This document shows, one piece after another, positions 13,717 through 28,245 of a stretch of 64,000 bases of DNA. Source of the DNA: the human T2T-CHM13v2.0 reference genome, Homo sapiens. The DNA lies in NCBI RefSeq assembly GCF_009914755.1, contig NC_060948.1; one strand, written 5' to 3'. Position numbers and translations under genes: made by a program. The notes under the pieces were generated by a model that was not told where the DNA came from, did no database searches, and saw only the letters and a program-made list of their open reading frames with translations. The stretch's first letter is position 1; the number at the start of each line of letters is the position of its first letter.

Positions 13717-15229
13717 TGTCACCGGCAGGTCTTCATGATTTTTTTTTTTTAAATTAGAGGACTGGATAGAGAAAGATCATGTATCAAAACTTATACATTT
13801 GTCATTAAATTTTAAAACCATGAAGTTTGAATTTTTGCCTACATTTTAGACCAACCATGCTTATTCCTATGAAAAAGCTTGCAGTCTTCAACCGCAGCTC
13901 AGAAGAAACAAAAAGGGATGAGCGATGAAAAATCTGGTTTAATATTCTAGTTCTAGGCAATTACCCTGCAAATTTTTCAGTGATGAAAATAAACAGGGTG
14001 CCCCCCCAAATCTTGGCAAAGTTAACTATTGCCACTAGTTATCTGGGTTTGTCACAAGCATTTTTTTCTCTTCCTTGTGGAAAGAGGACTCAATTCCACA
14101 GCTTTATCTTAGCATTTAGCTGCTAATGAGGAGTCCATGCAATCCCCTGAGGAACATTTTTGTCCCAACCTCAATTCCAAGCCTCAGGTTGAAGCCCTAA
14201 GAAAGAATACTGGATCTGAGAAATCCAGAGGCAGATGATTATGGTGGTTAAAATTCACCGTGGAAGTGAGCATGACTAATTCCAGTGGATTAAGCCAAGC
14301 CTCACATTTCACGGATAAAGGCCATGATAGTATCTGTTGCATAAATGAAGTCTAATGAACTCCAGAACTACTGAGAGCAGGGAAGATAGGACATATGTAG
14401 GTAAGAGCAGATATTTCCACCCCCAACAGGCCTTCCTGTTAACATGAGTGAAAGCTGCTTTGACATCCATGGGTTGCAACCTATCACAATCCCTGGAACT
14501 CGGGGATACAAGGATGCAAGGGGGAAAGACAACATTCTTTCTTCTATCCCTCAACATACACTGGATATTTCCTAGAAAGATAAAGGAATCAGGGATACAT
14601 GGTCTTCACTCTCCTTCTAGATGAGTAGCCATTCATTATCAGTCTATATTCCTTTTAAATGCATCCTGAAATTTTGGGCCTCCTTTGAAAAAATGCTTAC
14701 TTTTTACCTTGTTTTCTCCTCTGTCTTCTTTTTACAGACAGGTAATCATGTATTCATACTATGGGACAGTCACCTCAGATGCATTCTCCAACCTTAGACT
14801 GGTTGGCTTAACTTAGGATTGGACTCAGGGCAAAAGAACACAGAAGCCAGACATGCTGGCAAAAGGGTGAAAGAAAATTTTCAAGTTGTGCTTTTGTCCT
14901 TCTCCTTCCTATGTAAACTGGAAAAATACCTTGGAATTTTTGAGCTGTCCTTGCCACCTTCCCCTTGTTTTATTTTACTTTATTTTAATACATGATTTTT
15001 AATAACCCAGTTTGATTCTTCTCCCATTTAGGTTACCAAATTCATGCCACCAGAGCCTCAGACAAGGCCCCTTTCACTGGAGACACTTAGGTAGGCCTCT
15101 TAGGAAAATCTGACTGCCGGTTTTCCAAAACAGTGCCCCCTGTCAACAGGAAGCTCTTAAAAGTGGTGTTGGTCCTGATCCTTCTCCTCATTCTAATGGC
15201 AGTTAGATGTACTTCTTTATATGGGGAAA
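13717..15229 (+). mobile_element. ERV1 (MER4-group, MER61-int-like) internal remnant
   Basis: Non-L1 sequence ending in a purine-rich tract (atggggaaa) directly before an LTR; subfamily recognised from memory only. Confidence 0.55.
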
Positions 15230-15651
15230 TAACAGAGTTAGAAAACAGCCAATGGTCCTGGGTGAAACCCCATCTTCAAGCCTAAAACAGCATAAAGACT
15301 GAAAAATCAGACTGCTTCTCCCAGATGAAGCCTGCCTTTTTTCAACTGATTCTCTCTGAATAGTATCCATGTCCACACTGGGGGAAGTGATTGGAGCCAG
15401 GGAAACTTCACTCCTTGTGCAGGGAGAAGGAGACTGGCCTCTGCAGTTCTTGTGTGATGGTTTAGTGTTAATCTACCCAGGAGGTGGGACTTGTAAACAG
15501 GACTCCCACTCACTCTGTTGACAGTTTTTCTTTCCTTCTTTTTACCCAATCAACTCTACCCTTCATCCTTCAGAGTATCCCTGGGCCTAATCTTTCCTAG
15601 TCACGTGAGAAGAACTCAATTTTGCTGAAGTAAGGAGAAAGTTCTGCAACA
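15230..15651 (+). mobile_element. ERV1 LTR (MER61-like)
   Basis: gaaaccccatcttcaagcctaaaacagc...cctaatctttcctagtcacgtgagaagaac...taaggagaaagttctgcaaca, ending in CA. Confidence 0.7.
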
Positions 15652-15654
15652 TGA

Positions 15655-16560
15655 GGATTGGGAACCCTCATTTATGATAAGCTGAGTATATGCATGTGGA
15701 TTTATTTTTGCCTTCTCTTATCGGTTTCAACATTTATTTTTCTGTCTTTATGCCAGCACCACACTGTTTTGATTAATGTAACTTTGCAATATGTTTTGAA
15801 ATACAAAACTATTATTCCTCTGAGTTTATTTATTTTTTTACAGGTTGTTTGGTTACTTGTGGTTTTTTGAGTATTTATAGAAATCATAGGGCAATATGTG
15901 TTGGCTCACTCCTGTAATCCTAGAACTTTGGGGAGCCAAGCCAAGGTAGGTGGGTTGCTTGAGCCTAGGAGTTTGAGACCAGCCTGGGAAATATGGTGAA
16001 ACCCTGTCTCTAAAAAAAAAAAAAAAATACAAAAACTTTCTGAGCATGCCAACATGCACCTGCAGTTTCAGCACTTGTGAGGCTGAGGTAGGAGGATCAA
16101 CTGAGCTTTGGAGGTCAAAGATACAGTAAGTCATGATTATGATATTATACTGCAGCCTGAGTTACACAGGTAAATATTGACTCAAACATTTTAGAATAAT
16201 TTAGTACTTCTGCAAAAACTATCACCATTTTTAAACATCTCATTGATCCATAGATCACCTGGTATACCATTAACATCTAAAAAACTTGCACGTTCTAACA
16301 CTTGAAAAATAGTATGCTCAAGAATATGTCCAGTTTTCAAATATATGCAAACATGATGGTTTTGTTTTAACTTCCAGCTGTATTTTATTGTAGTCAGAAA
16401 AAATACTTTTTGTGATTACCATCAGTTTAAATATGCTAAAACTAGCATGCTACCTCACAAGTTTGCCTATCTTAGAAAATGTGTCATATACAATTAGAAG
16501 TATTATGTATTATGCTGTTGTTGGGTGAAATGTTTTGTAGATTAACCTGACGTCTTATTT
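15655..16560 (-). mobile_element. Old L1 ORF2 fragment, antisense, interrupted by an AluJ
   Basis: ORF 15702..15887 gives GIIVLYFKTYCKVTLIKTVWCWHKDRKI, similar to L1 ORF2 [28 protein letters not shown]. Confidence 0.8.
15889..16187 (+). mobile_element. AluJ-like element
   Basis: ggctcactcctgtaatcc...gcttgagcctaggagtttgagaccagcctggg; AluJ-type 'gcttgagcc' motif; highly diverged. Confidence 0.85.
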
Positions 16561-17045
16561 CTCTATTTAACTTTTTATTTTTGTGCATTCTCTTTATCTT
16601 TATTTTGTTTCTCTTTATTTTTCATTTTATCTATTAATTTAATTTAATTTTATTTCTATTTTTCTTTTTTCTCATTACATTCTCTTCATTTCAAATATAC
16701 TTCAACTTGTATCTTGTTTTTAGCAGTTTATTTAATTTTATATTTTTTCTGTTATTTGTTTCTAGTCATATTCCTTCATATTATCTTATTTTTTATCCAT
16801 ATTTCTTTTTTATTTTTTCTCCTTATTCTGAAACTTTTTATTGGAAATTATTTCATTTCTGTTTATTTCTTTTATTTTTTGTATTTATTGTTTATCTTCA
16901 TTTTATTTTCACTTATCTTAATTACATTTCTCTATTTTTCTCTATTTCGGTTTATTTTATTTGTCCTTACTATTTTTCACTTGCTTTAAATTTATTTTTA
17001 CATTTTATTTCTCTTGATTTTTTTTTTTTAATTTACCTTTCTATG
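16555..17045. repeat. T-rich low-complexity tract
   Basis: ~500 bp of ttta/tttc degenerate repeats; source of the F/L/I-rich ORFs 16707 and 16714. Confidence 0.85.
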
Positions 17046-17446
17046 TTCTGCTTCATAAAACAGAAGAGATAAGATATTTTAGATTGCCCCAGCCATAGTC
17101 ATCAAGGCTCGTGTTTGCTGAGGTTCTCTCTCAGCTACTCTGCCCCGGAGTCTTCAATCCAAATCATAGTCATGGCATCCTAGTAAGATTGCTAAGATCT
17201 CTGGGCAGATCTTTCATTGTTACAGGCCCATCTAGCATTCAGTGTCACGGGCCGGTTTTGCTGCTTTCAGAAGCCCCCTGCAAGCCTCAGTGTTGCTAGG
17301 CCAAGACCTGACTGCCTCTTCATTAGTGTCCCAATGGATCCCACAAACATAATCCAAGGTCCTGACTGTTCTTCTCCTTTCCCAGAACAGGATCATACAC
17401 ACTTTACTCCACCAGGACATGTCTAGATCATATGTGTGTCTCTACA

Positions 17447-17751
17447 TTTTATTTTATTTTTTTTTGAGACAGAAGCTTGCTCTGTCACTCATGCTGGAGT
17501 GCAGGGACGTGATCTCTGCTCAGTGCAACCTCTGCCTCATGGATTCAAGTGATTCTCCTGCCTCAGCCTCCCAAGTAGCTGAGATTACAAGTGCCCATCA
17601 TTTTTTTTTTTTTTTTTTTTTTTTGTATTTTTAGTAGAGATGGTGTTTCACCATATTTGCCAGGCTGGTTTCGAACTCTTGACCTGAAGAGATCCAACCT
17701 CCTCGGCCTCCAAAACTGCTGGGATTACAGGTGTGAGCCACCACGCCTGGT
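17447..17751 (-). mobile_element. AluS, antisense, with an expanded middle poly(T)
   Basis: Alu consensus in reverse; run of ~24 T at 17601-17624. Confidence 0.92.
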
Positions 17752-17794
17752 TGAAATTTTTTTTTATATTAACTTGACATATAACTGATTTATT

Positions 17795-18151
<357 letters not shown>

Positions 18152-18999
18152 CTAATGATACGAGGAGATGAACATTTCTACATTTTATCTAAGGATTTCA
18201 TGGAGTTGCTATTTTACCTTTTCCAGTCTTTATCTCTATATATTCAATGGGAAAATCCTCAATGAAGACTCCTCACTGTGATAGACAAAATGTTCAATTA
18301 GTCATTGACAGATGCAGTGAGTTAACTTCTGGTTTTTATTTGGAGCCCTCACAGCTAGGATTAAAAACTGTTGGCTCTAAACTCACATGATGAGGAATTA
18401 TACTATGCTGTCCTCTTCTATACACTTGTCTACCATCACAATTTTTTGAACTTGCCAAAGGAAATTGTGGGAAATTGTTTCCCTCAGACCTACTCATCTC
18501 CGTTTCATAAGTTTTAAGATTGGGCATTGTTTAGATTTCTTATAAGCTCATAATCACAGAGGTCATGTTTGTCAGGAGAAAGCTTTCTTGCAGCAGGATT
18601 AAGTAAAGACATTTGCCAACCATGGCTTATGGTTCCTCCAGAGGCAGAATGGAGCTTAAAAACCATTGCTGAAGCCAAAAAGTGGTGAAAGAAGTTGAGG
18701 GCTGCCCAGAGGATAAAGAAAAAATGCTACTTTTTACTACCAAAGCAGTCACAGCTCATTTTGGCATTAATCTTGCTTCTGACCACGATATGTTTCTTAC
18801 TGGTCTTTCTTTGTATTCCACTGATTGTACATTTAAAAAAAGAGGCCTGGATGAGAGTGGTAAAAAAAATAAATTCATCCTTCTATAGCTGATGCCTTGG
18901 TGAGCTTTGAAGCACACTGAGCAGAGTCTGAAATCCTTCCTCACTATGGGGTAAGTTGTGTCAAACTCGACACCCATTGAAATGGCACAAGGATCAAGA

Positions 19000-19591
19000 T
19001 GTCAAAGAAGAGACTCAGAACCAGTAAATGAGATATGGACTTTTAGTGGAAACTTCCACAGAGAGCAGAAAGTACAGTGTCAGTGGGCCTAGCTGAATAA
19101 CCAGGCCCACTTGCAAAAAACATGCAGTTTGTATGGCCTTTTTATTTAGCACTTTTTTTTCTGAACAAGCTTTCACCTGTCAGCCCTCATTTAACAAAAA
19201 TGGAATAGCCTCACTTCCTTGTGTGACCTGTATTCCTATGCCACATGATGGGACAGAACAGGGGCTCAGACATTATTGGCGCGGTGGCTTATGCCTGTAA
19301 TCTCAGCACTCTGGGAGGCCGAGGCGGGCGGATCACGAGGTCAGGAGGTCGAGACCATCCTGGCTAAGACGGGGTTTCACCGTCTTAGATAGATCTCTCT
19401 GAGATACTGTTCTCAGATAGAACTCAGGACAGTATCTCAGATTACTCATAGATAAAGAGTAAGCTCCAGGTTGACCATGACAAGGTTTTTTAGATTTGGA
19501 ACTCTGAACACTCAGAAGCATCTATTTATAGAGGGTCAGTAACCAGGTATGCCCAAGTCAAGATAACACCGTCAGTTTCATCCATCATACA
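19000..19591 (-). mobile_element. Solo ERV1 LTR (MER67-like) interrupted by an Alu fragment
   Basis: TG...CA termini (tgtcaaagaagagactcagaacc ... ccatcataca); subfamily from memory. Confidence 0.55.
19278..19388 (+). mobile_element. AluY left-arm fragment ending in a micro-inversion
   Basis: ggcgcggtggcttatgcctgtaatc...gagaccatcctggctaagacgg|ggtttca|ccgtcttag; no tail. Confidence 0.9.
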
Positions 19592-21298
19592 GGCTGGTTT
19601 AGGCAGTGGAGTTTCTTCTTCCTGAGATTTTAGATTCAAAATAGTTATTGCTTTACTTGAATTGTTGTGTTGGCAGGAGTTTATCTGAAAGTCCTGATGT
19701 GTGTGCACATTGCAGGTACAGTTGTATAAGTTAATGTGATGGCTTCTTAGTTGGTAGAGTCTGTTTTTGTTACGGGTGTGACTGGGTATATACAGGCTGC
19801 TGAGGTGACCGTCTCCATATTCACCGGACCACGACAATATGGGGCCCCAGTTCCACTATTTTCCAAAGTATGACATGCTGAACAAGACCCTGAAATTGTG
19901 GTTCACTGTGACCAGGCTGAGGCTGCGCTTTAAAAGGCAGAACTGCCAGCTTGGTGCCTTATTTTCCTTGTCATTCTAATGCATCTTTTGATAAGGAGAC
20001 CAGAAAAGAGTATTTTAGTACGGAGACCAGAAAAGGGTCTGAATATGTGACAGCCCTCCTCATAGAGTTGGTACTATTTATTCATGACTCTCTTAAGTGT
20101 CAAGAAAGGTTGAGAGATCTGCTTCCTGGCACAGCCTGAGTAGGCTAGAGCACTGTGACCCGTAATGCTTAGCTCATGCGGTCTTCACAGAAATTTCAAA
20201 AAATCATAGGATACGCGGGGTAGAGAAAGAGCTGGTACAAATAACAACTTGCAGGTGAAATAATTGGAAGCAGGAAGAGAATGGGATCTGCTTGGAAGAG
20301 TATACACACTGCCTAGGTGCAGCTGAACAGTCAAGTCTGTTCTCTGATTTGAGCCTTGTGTCTTGGAATTAACAGGTCCAGTTTGGCTCTGGCCTGAGTA
20401 CTAAAATTTTGGTTCTAGAACCAAATGTGAACTCTGGACTCTGGAATTCCAGTTGGGTTTCACAGGCCGGTGGATTAAGGAGGCCCACATGAGCCCATAA
20501 AATGGGCTGTGGGTGGCTTTGCCACACATGACTGGCTGCTTTTGTGCCTAGACTCTCAAGGAAGAGGCATCTTCTTCCTCAAGGCAAGCCCAGGGAGGTC
20601 TGAAACTTATGGCTGCCAGTGAAGAAAAATGGTAATGCCTCTGGCCAGTGCTTTTGCCCCTCCTGCCTTGTGGCTTTGGGGATTCAATTTGCTCATCAAA
20701 AAATGGGCAATGAAATCCCCTCAGTGACTGGCTGCTCACCCCACATTTGCCTGGCCACTGCACAGAGCCCACTCACCACCTCCAGTTACATCCTGTGCTT
20801 CCACTGATTGGCTAGGGGAACATGCTCACTGAAGCCCAGGTGACCTATCCTTTCTCCAATGCACAGCCTCATGCAGATGCCACCCAGCTTTCCTTTTAGA
20901 TTGTAATCTTAGGGAGTTAGAGAGCACTAACTCATTGACGAATTAATCTGCTCTAACTTACTGACTAATAAATCAATAAGTCACTTAATGTTACAAGATG
21001 GGTGTGGGACTTGATACTCTTGATTTCTTTCCTCAGGTGGGACTGCACTGGGCATTGCCATCCTGATTTCGTTGTGAAAAAAGCTAGCAGGTGAGGCAGG
21101 ATTCAAGGTCCAGGAACAGAACACAGCACCCAGGCTGGCCTGCACAGGGGCCTCTGAGGCCCTTGCAGGCAGGAGGGCTCACTGGAAGTCCAGGCCCCTT
21201 TTCTAGGATGGTGACCATAGCCCCTCCCTGGACCTCTGAGGACAGCCTACTTGTTCTGCAACTTGCAACCACTGGATTCTAAGGGGTGAGCATCCAAT

Positions 21299-21324
21299 TG
21301 TGTGTGCGTGAGTGTGTGTGTGTA

Positions 21325-21365
<41 letters not shown>
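21299..21365. repeat. (TG)n microsatellite
   Basis: Imperfect then perfect TG dinucleotide run. Confidence 0.97.
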
Positions 21366-21367
<2 letters not shown>

Positions 21368-22662
21368 ATGGCCTTCTGCTTCATTTCCATGGGATGTTCT
21401 CCTAGAAGAAATTCCTAGGGAATCCTGGGACTGTGCTGGAGATTCTCAAACTGCCAAATTCAGTAAGAGTTGTCTCAAGAATATAATTAGTAGTATTTTC
21501 TGCAGATTACTATGTCAGGGTTTCCTTTGCCAAAAAAAAATGTGTAAAAAACAAAGTTGTTAGTCCTTTACATTATTTTAATTAGGTCATCAAATAAACC
21601 TTTTATTTTCTTCAAACTTATTTTTATGACAATCATTGAATTTTTGTTTTCTTCTTTGTTCCAACTGTTACCTGTTTTAGAGAAAAATATTTAAAAAATG
21701 TGATACACAATTACTAACAAGTGACAGCAATTTATTTAAAATGCAATTAGATTTCTTAAATGAGTAAACAATTTCAGTAAACTTAGTTTGTGTTACTTGT
21801 ATAAATTATTTTTCATCTTATCCTCAATCTTAAAAAAATTTAGCTAGGTATGCAATTCAAAATTGATAGATGTTTTATATAGACAACTTAAAAACATTTT
21901 ATTGGTCATGTTGGGTAGTATAATTCTCACATATTTTATCTTAGAAATCAACACATTTGACAATTGATATTTATAGTATCTATAAAAGTGACTTTATAAA
22001 CATGCTTTTATAGTTGCTAAAATTTTTGGAGAAAAAAATCTATTCTGGCCTTCATTAGTAAAACTTAAAGATGATAGAAATGAGACTATATTTACTGGCT
22101 AAATTAACGACAAAAACTGAAAGAGATTCATTTACTTATTCTTTATCTTTCAGTATCTGATAATGAACAGAATTAAAGATGCTCAGAATCTGCATCAGTA
22201 TAGAAATAAAGCAAACAGCTCTTGTGAAAGAATTATTGAAAATATACAGAACAAACCTATCAATTATATTTAAAAATTTACCCAATTCATAGTCCAAAAA
22301 ATACCACTCTTACAGAGGTTTACTACTGGCAGAATCCAGCGTTTCTTATGACCTGATACAACATAACCACTCTTTATATATCATCTGATTGCCCAAAATC
22401 TACCCAGAACTGAAGGCTAATCCTGCCAGTTCCTAAAAAGACAGTCTTCACACACAACCCATTTTCATTTAAGCTTGTTTCCCACATCAACCTTTCAGTA
22501 ATGTCTGCCAGAACTACACTTCTGAAAGTCCAGGACAGCAGGGCAGAAGGGAAGACTACTTAGGTTATAATAAATGTTTTGTTTTGTTTTTCCATATCAC
22601 ACAGTATTTCTGTCCTCAGAGACATTAAGTTGAGGATGAGCTGTTTCAAAACCTAGAAATAA

Positions 22663-22957
22663 GGCTGGGTGTGGTGGCTCATGCCTGTAATCCTAGCATT
22701 TTGGCATGCCCAGGTGGGTGGATCACAAGGTCAGGAGATCAAGACCATCCAGCCTAACATGGTGAATCACTGTCTCTGCTAAAAATACAACAAATTAGCC
22801 AGGCTTGGTGGAGGGCACCTGTATTCTCAGCTACTTGGTATACTGAGGCAAAAGAATAGATTTAACCCAGGAGACAGAGGTAGCAGTGAGCCGAGATTGT
22901 GCAACTACACTACAGCCTGGGCAACAGAGTGAGATTCCATCTCAAAGAAAGAAAAAA
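22663..22957 (+). mobile_element. AluS (Sc-like)
   Basis: Full dimer; flanking acctagaaat/acctaaaat resembles a target-site duplication (TSD). Confidence 0.9.
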
Positions 22958-24588
22958 TACCTAAAATCAAATGTAAAAAAGTGGCATGATAATTCTGTCT
23001 ATGCCAGAATATAGAGGAGGAAGACTAAAACCATATTTTGTTAATCTAAATGAAAAGAGTTCAGGGCATTTTAGGTTTCAATACCTGTGGTGAATACCCT
23101 TAACATGTGTCAGCCATTCCAGGTTTGACTGCATAGGCTAGCGCTCTGCCTTCCTCCATAGATGTTTAAATGTAGCACCATAATCCAATAATTTTACAAG
23201 GTTTTCATACAATTATGATCTCTTTTTGAGAACAATTAATGTCATTTATTATAGATGTTTTCAATTTTTCACTAGAGACAGTAGGCTAATTTTAAAAAGA
23301 CTATTTTTTAATCATGTAGCTTCTATTACATAGCTAGTTTTGTCTTTTTTACTTCGTGTATATGCCAAAAAGACCTCATGACTTATTAAACATTCAACTA
23401 TTTACTTGAATAAATTGGCCCTATGCATTTAATCAGCTCAATTATATCAATTTTATGAAGTAAAATGAACAATAACTAAACAAAAATTGGATTAATCGCA
23501 TTTTCTAATTGAAACAAAATATAAAATATACTAAATAAATAACATTCAATAATGCACACACTGTGAAATTACTCACATGTGAAAGTTATTTTGGGAACAC
23601 CATTATATTTTACCAAAGCCACTTTCATAATCTGTGAGGAAATTATACAAATAATGTTTTACAAAATTGGACAAAAACAAAATTGTGTATTATGTTTACA
23701 GTTAGCCACAAATGAACAGATATAAAAAAAGTAATTTGCATAAGATATTTCAAAGCCAGGAGCAATGACATATTAGATAAATACGTTTAATACAAAGCAG
23801 AGAAAATAAATTTGCTTTCAAATTCTTTGAAGATTCTGGTTTGCTGGTGACTTATCAATGCTTGTATAACTACCTATTTCATTCTAATATTTTTCTTTTC
23901 TTCTCAAAGTAGGTACATGACCGTAAACAAATACGATTATTCTCTATAAATCTGTTACACCTAAAGTTTATTTTACAGTGATATATCTGTATATTTAAAA
24001 CCATGTAAACCAAAACTGAAAGTCTGTATATGTTTAGCAGACCAGAGAAGTCATATTTTTAAAAAAAAGTTGGATAAAATGTTTTAAATAGTTGTTCAGA
24101 ATTCTGAAACATGTAGTTCCATTATACTCAAAGTCTTCATTGCAACCATCATAATAATCTGTAGTTACAAGAAAAACAAAAATGTAAGTGCTAGAAACCA
24201 TATTCTCAAAATTATTTTCAGTTAAAGACCACTAACAAAGTAACCACTAGAGATGTTATTTCACTGTCACCAGATAGTATATTGTTACCATCTGTTACCT
24301 ACAACCTTGAGTAAGATGGGAAAAGTTAACATCAGTGGCAAAATACACATTCAATGTAAAATAGCCATAACACAAAAACAACAATTTTGGCTTATTAAAA
24401 CAAATTAAGTTCACACATTGCCATTAAAAAGGCATTTTTAAATTCACTGTATTTTAATTACATTAATTTGCAAATGGTAAAGGAATTTTCTTCTAAAATT
24501 CATATGGTTTCTCTTACTGTGCAGAATGCTATCCTGATCACTTAAAACACTCCTATCATCCTGTCACATATAATACTGCTGTTAACAT

Positions 24589-24932
24589 GGCCAGATGCAG
24601 TGGCTCATGCCTGTAATCCCAGCACTTTGGGAGGCTGAAGCGGGCAGATCACCTGAGGTCGGGAGTTTGAGACCAGCCTGACCAACGTGGAGAAACCCCG
24701 TGTCTACTAAAAATACAAAATTAGCCAGGCGTGGTGGTGCATGCCTGTAATCCCAGATACTCGAGAGGCTGAGGCAGGAGAAGTACTTGAACCTGGTTGA
24801 ACCTGGGAATTGGAGGTTGCAATGAGCAGAGATTGGGCCATTGCACTGCAGCCTGGGCAACAAGAGTGAAACTCCAACTCCAAAAAAACAAAAACAAAAA
24901 CAAAAACAAGACAAAACAAAACAAAACAAAAA
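24589..24932 (+). mobile_element. AluS (Sp/Sq-like) with (CAAAA)n tail
   Basis: Full dimer; TSD aatactgctgt on both sides; small internal duplication ttgaacctgg x2. Confidence 0.93.
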
Positions 24933-25141
24933 TACTGCTGTAAACCAACCATTAAGTAGCCTTTCTACTAAGATTTTCTTCATTTACATTAGATTTCAGT
25001 TTTCTTAACCTTCCATGAAAAAGAATATAAATCTGTCTATCTAATTTAGAAGAACCTCTCATAACTCTGGTACAGCAACAATTGACCATGTTCTTTCACA
25101 TAAACACTAGAAATGAAGAGAGCATCAAATGTAAGAGTTAA

Positions 25142-25478
<337 letters not shown>

Positions 25479-25513
25479 TAATTTCTTTTAAAATAAAAAG
25501 GTAGGTTTCTTTT

Positions 25514-28209
25514 AGAGGAAAGTAGTCAAGATTGCCAGCTAGAATCTGCTGGACTGCGTAGTTCTCACAGAGAGAAATGCAAAATATGCATAAATACAGC
25601 ACCTTAAACTGAAACATCCAGGTACTAGCATTGGGAACAATCAAAGAAACGACTTATCTAATGGAGAATGGAGTAAAGGAAGGTAGAATAATGGGCCATC
25701 CGGGAAAAACAAGAAGCCAAGGGAAACTTTCCACCCAGTAAATCAGTAATTGCATGTGTGACCCTGGCAACCCACAATTCTGTCACTGATTTTGCAACCC
25801 TCAGGTAAGGAGATACCCTCGTTAACCCACTTCATTATGGCCTTCCGTTTAACAAACAGAGCTACATGGAGTCACAGCAGAGCAGTCACCCAGGCCAGTG
25901 CAGAGATTCAAGAGCCTTAGATAATCTGGCTCTCCAGGCTTCCAAGAAAAATTAGCTGCAACTCCAGCAAAGCAGGAGGTTACATCCTTGTACACTCCCA
26001 TAGGAAACAGGCAGAATCCAGGGGCCTGAGCAGCGATGGTCTGTAGGACTCATTTCCACAATTCCTCACAGGGTAAGATCTACTGGCTTACAATTCCAGC
26101 CAACCATTGATAACAGCATTTCACCTCCACGTGATGGAGCTACCAGAAAGAGGGGTGGCCCACCCTCTTTGCTGCTTTGGCAAGTTAGCCATTCCAGCCT
26201 TCAGGCTTTGAAGAGCTCAAGCCGACTGGGGACAGAAAGAATCTCCTAGCACAGTACAGGTGCTGTAAAAAGACATGTCCAGATTGCCTGTTAAAGCAGG
26301 TCTGCAATCTCATTCCTCCTCACTGGGAAATACTTTCCAACCAGGGTGTCCATCTACCACCACTGGTGCTATTTGATCGATGGAATTTGGAAATGTCTTT
26401 GGGATACAGTTCCTGGAGGGAAGAGTGAGCTGCCCTTTTTGCTGTTTGTGTGACTTAGCTGTTCCAGCCTTCTGGCTTTTGAGAATCCAAATAAACTGAG
26501 GGTGGAAGTGGTACCTCTGCCCAGCAGAGCTGTCCTACAGAAATGTGGCTAGATTGCTTTTCAAGTGGGTCCCCAATTATGTCACCCTCACTGGGTAAGA
26601 TCTTTCAACTGAGATTTTTAGCTACCTCCTATATGTGCTTTTGTGCTGGAAACAGGTCTAACCTCCCTGGGACAGGGCTCCCAGAGAAAAGGGCATGTTG
26701 CCATTGTTGTTGTTTTGCAGCATTTACTGGTGATAACTTCAGATACTGGAAAATTGGAGATGACTAGAAACTGCAATGGACACTCAGGATAATCCAACAG
26801 CCCTTCAGAAAGTGGCCAGATTGTTACGTAAGGGCCTGTTCTCCTATATTCTCTTTGGGAAGGTTCTCCAGGACTGGCCCACTAGCCAATCATTCCCAGA
26901 GTTATTGAGCCAGTAGCAAGTTAGCAATTCCCTGGACAGAGACTCCAGCAGCAATTGAAAATACTTCTGCCACTGCCCCTGCAGTAGAACTGTCCTTGCT
27001 TCCCTCAGGCTAATGAACAGTCCAAAAACTTAAGTGCGTTATTCACACCTTAAACAAGCTGCAGTTTACCCAAGGAGAAGAGGCCAGTCCATCCTCCTTG
27101 GGTTTCACACACTCCTCACTGCTCCTCACCAGACAGTGAACCTCTACTTGGCCAAAAGCAGAGCTCCTCCATCCTGGGCTGACTGCACTGAGGGATTGCT
27201 GACCTACATCTCTCTGAGATGCAGCCCCCCAGAAGAGAAGCAAAGAGGTGGGCCAGCAAGCCAGCTTATGTGGTGTCCAGTGGGTTTGGCACAAAAGCAT
27301 CTGTAGGAAAGTGTGGCCAGTGATGGCCATTTCTCTAGGCTAAACTTTCTCTCATAAGAGACTTTAGCCCTAGAGAACCTGTTGGACCTAATTTCTGCAG
27401 GATAGTCTTGCAAATGAGAAGAAGCGTCTCCAACTGAGCACTCCTTGGTCTGCTGGTCTCTCCCAGGGTCCCAGTCTGGCTGCAGCCACTTACAGGGCAG
27501 TCTCAGCTCCTCTGGAAGAGTAGTTTACCATACCATGGCATCTGCATTGGTGGACGATGCCTGAGCCCTAACTGCTCCAGCAAAGCAGCCCCTGTGGCTG
27601 CACCAGCACACAGGTATGTTCCCCATACTGCAGCTTCTCCAGAGACCATGGCAACTCCTGATATTACTTTGGTGGCACATGTCTGCAAAGGTGGGTTGGA
27701 CTTTGCTTGATCCATCAGCAAATAAGAATGCAGTATTCCCCTGCCACCCACAGCAGCTTCTACTGTAGATGAAGCTTTGGTGGGCAGAGAGCCAGAAAGG
27801 CACAACTCTGCCTTTGTGTTAACACTGTGCAGAGAACTGTGTATTCTCCCACACTCTGAACAATCACTTCTTTATTGGTGGGGCACAAAGAAGGCATCAA
27901 ACATTCACTGGCCAGCTTCCTGCACCAAGCTAACACAACCAACCATTATTAGCGCAACAGCACACACAGTGTCCAGCAGTTACGTCCTCAGTCACCTCCC
28001 AACTTCTTTGCTCCTGCCACTAAGGTAAATGCCCAGAGGCAGGCAGAAAACCCATATCCACTACCACTTTGCTGCAGCTGCGGCATGCTAGTCCTACAAA
28101 GTGATGGACTTGAAATATCAAGGAGCCAGAGAAGATGGTTGGAAACAAATACAACTGCCCCAGAGTATGCAGCCTCTGAGTTGTGAGCTGAGCATTGTCT
28201 CCCTGCCAC

Positions 28210-28245
<36 letters not shown>

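Noticed and set aside
17100-17430. GC-richer segment considered as a TRIM60, BNIP3 or VN1R pseudogene piece
   Set aside because: No recognisable motif in the frames I translated; more likely an old repeat fragment, left unassigned.
24582-24983. 133-aa ORF and other ORFs with WDYRH / [10 protein letters not shown] motifs
   Set aside because: Antisense Alu translations.
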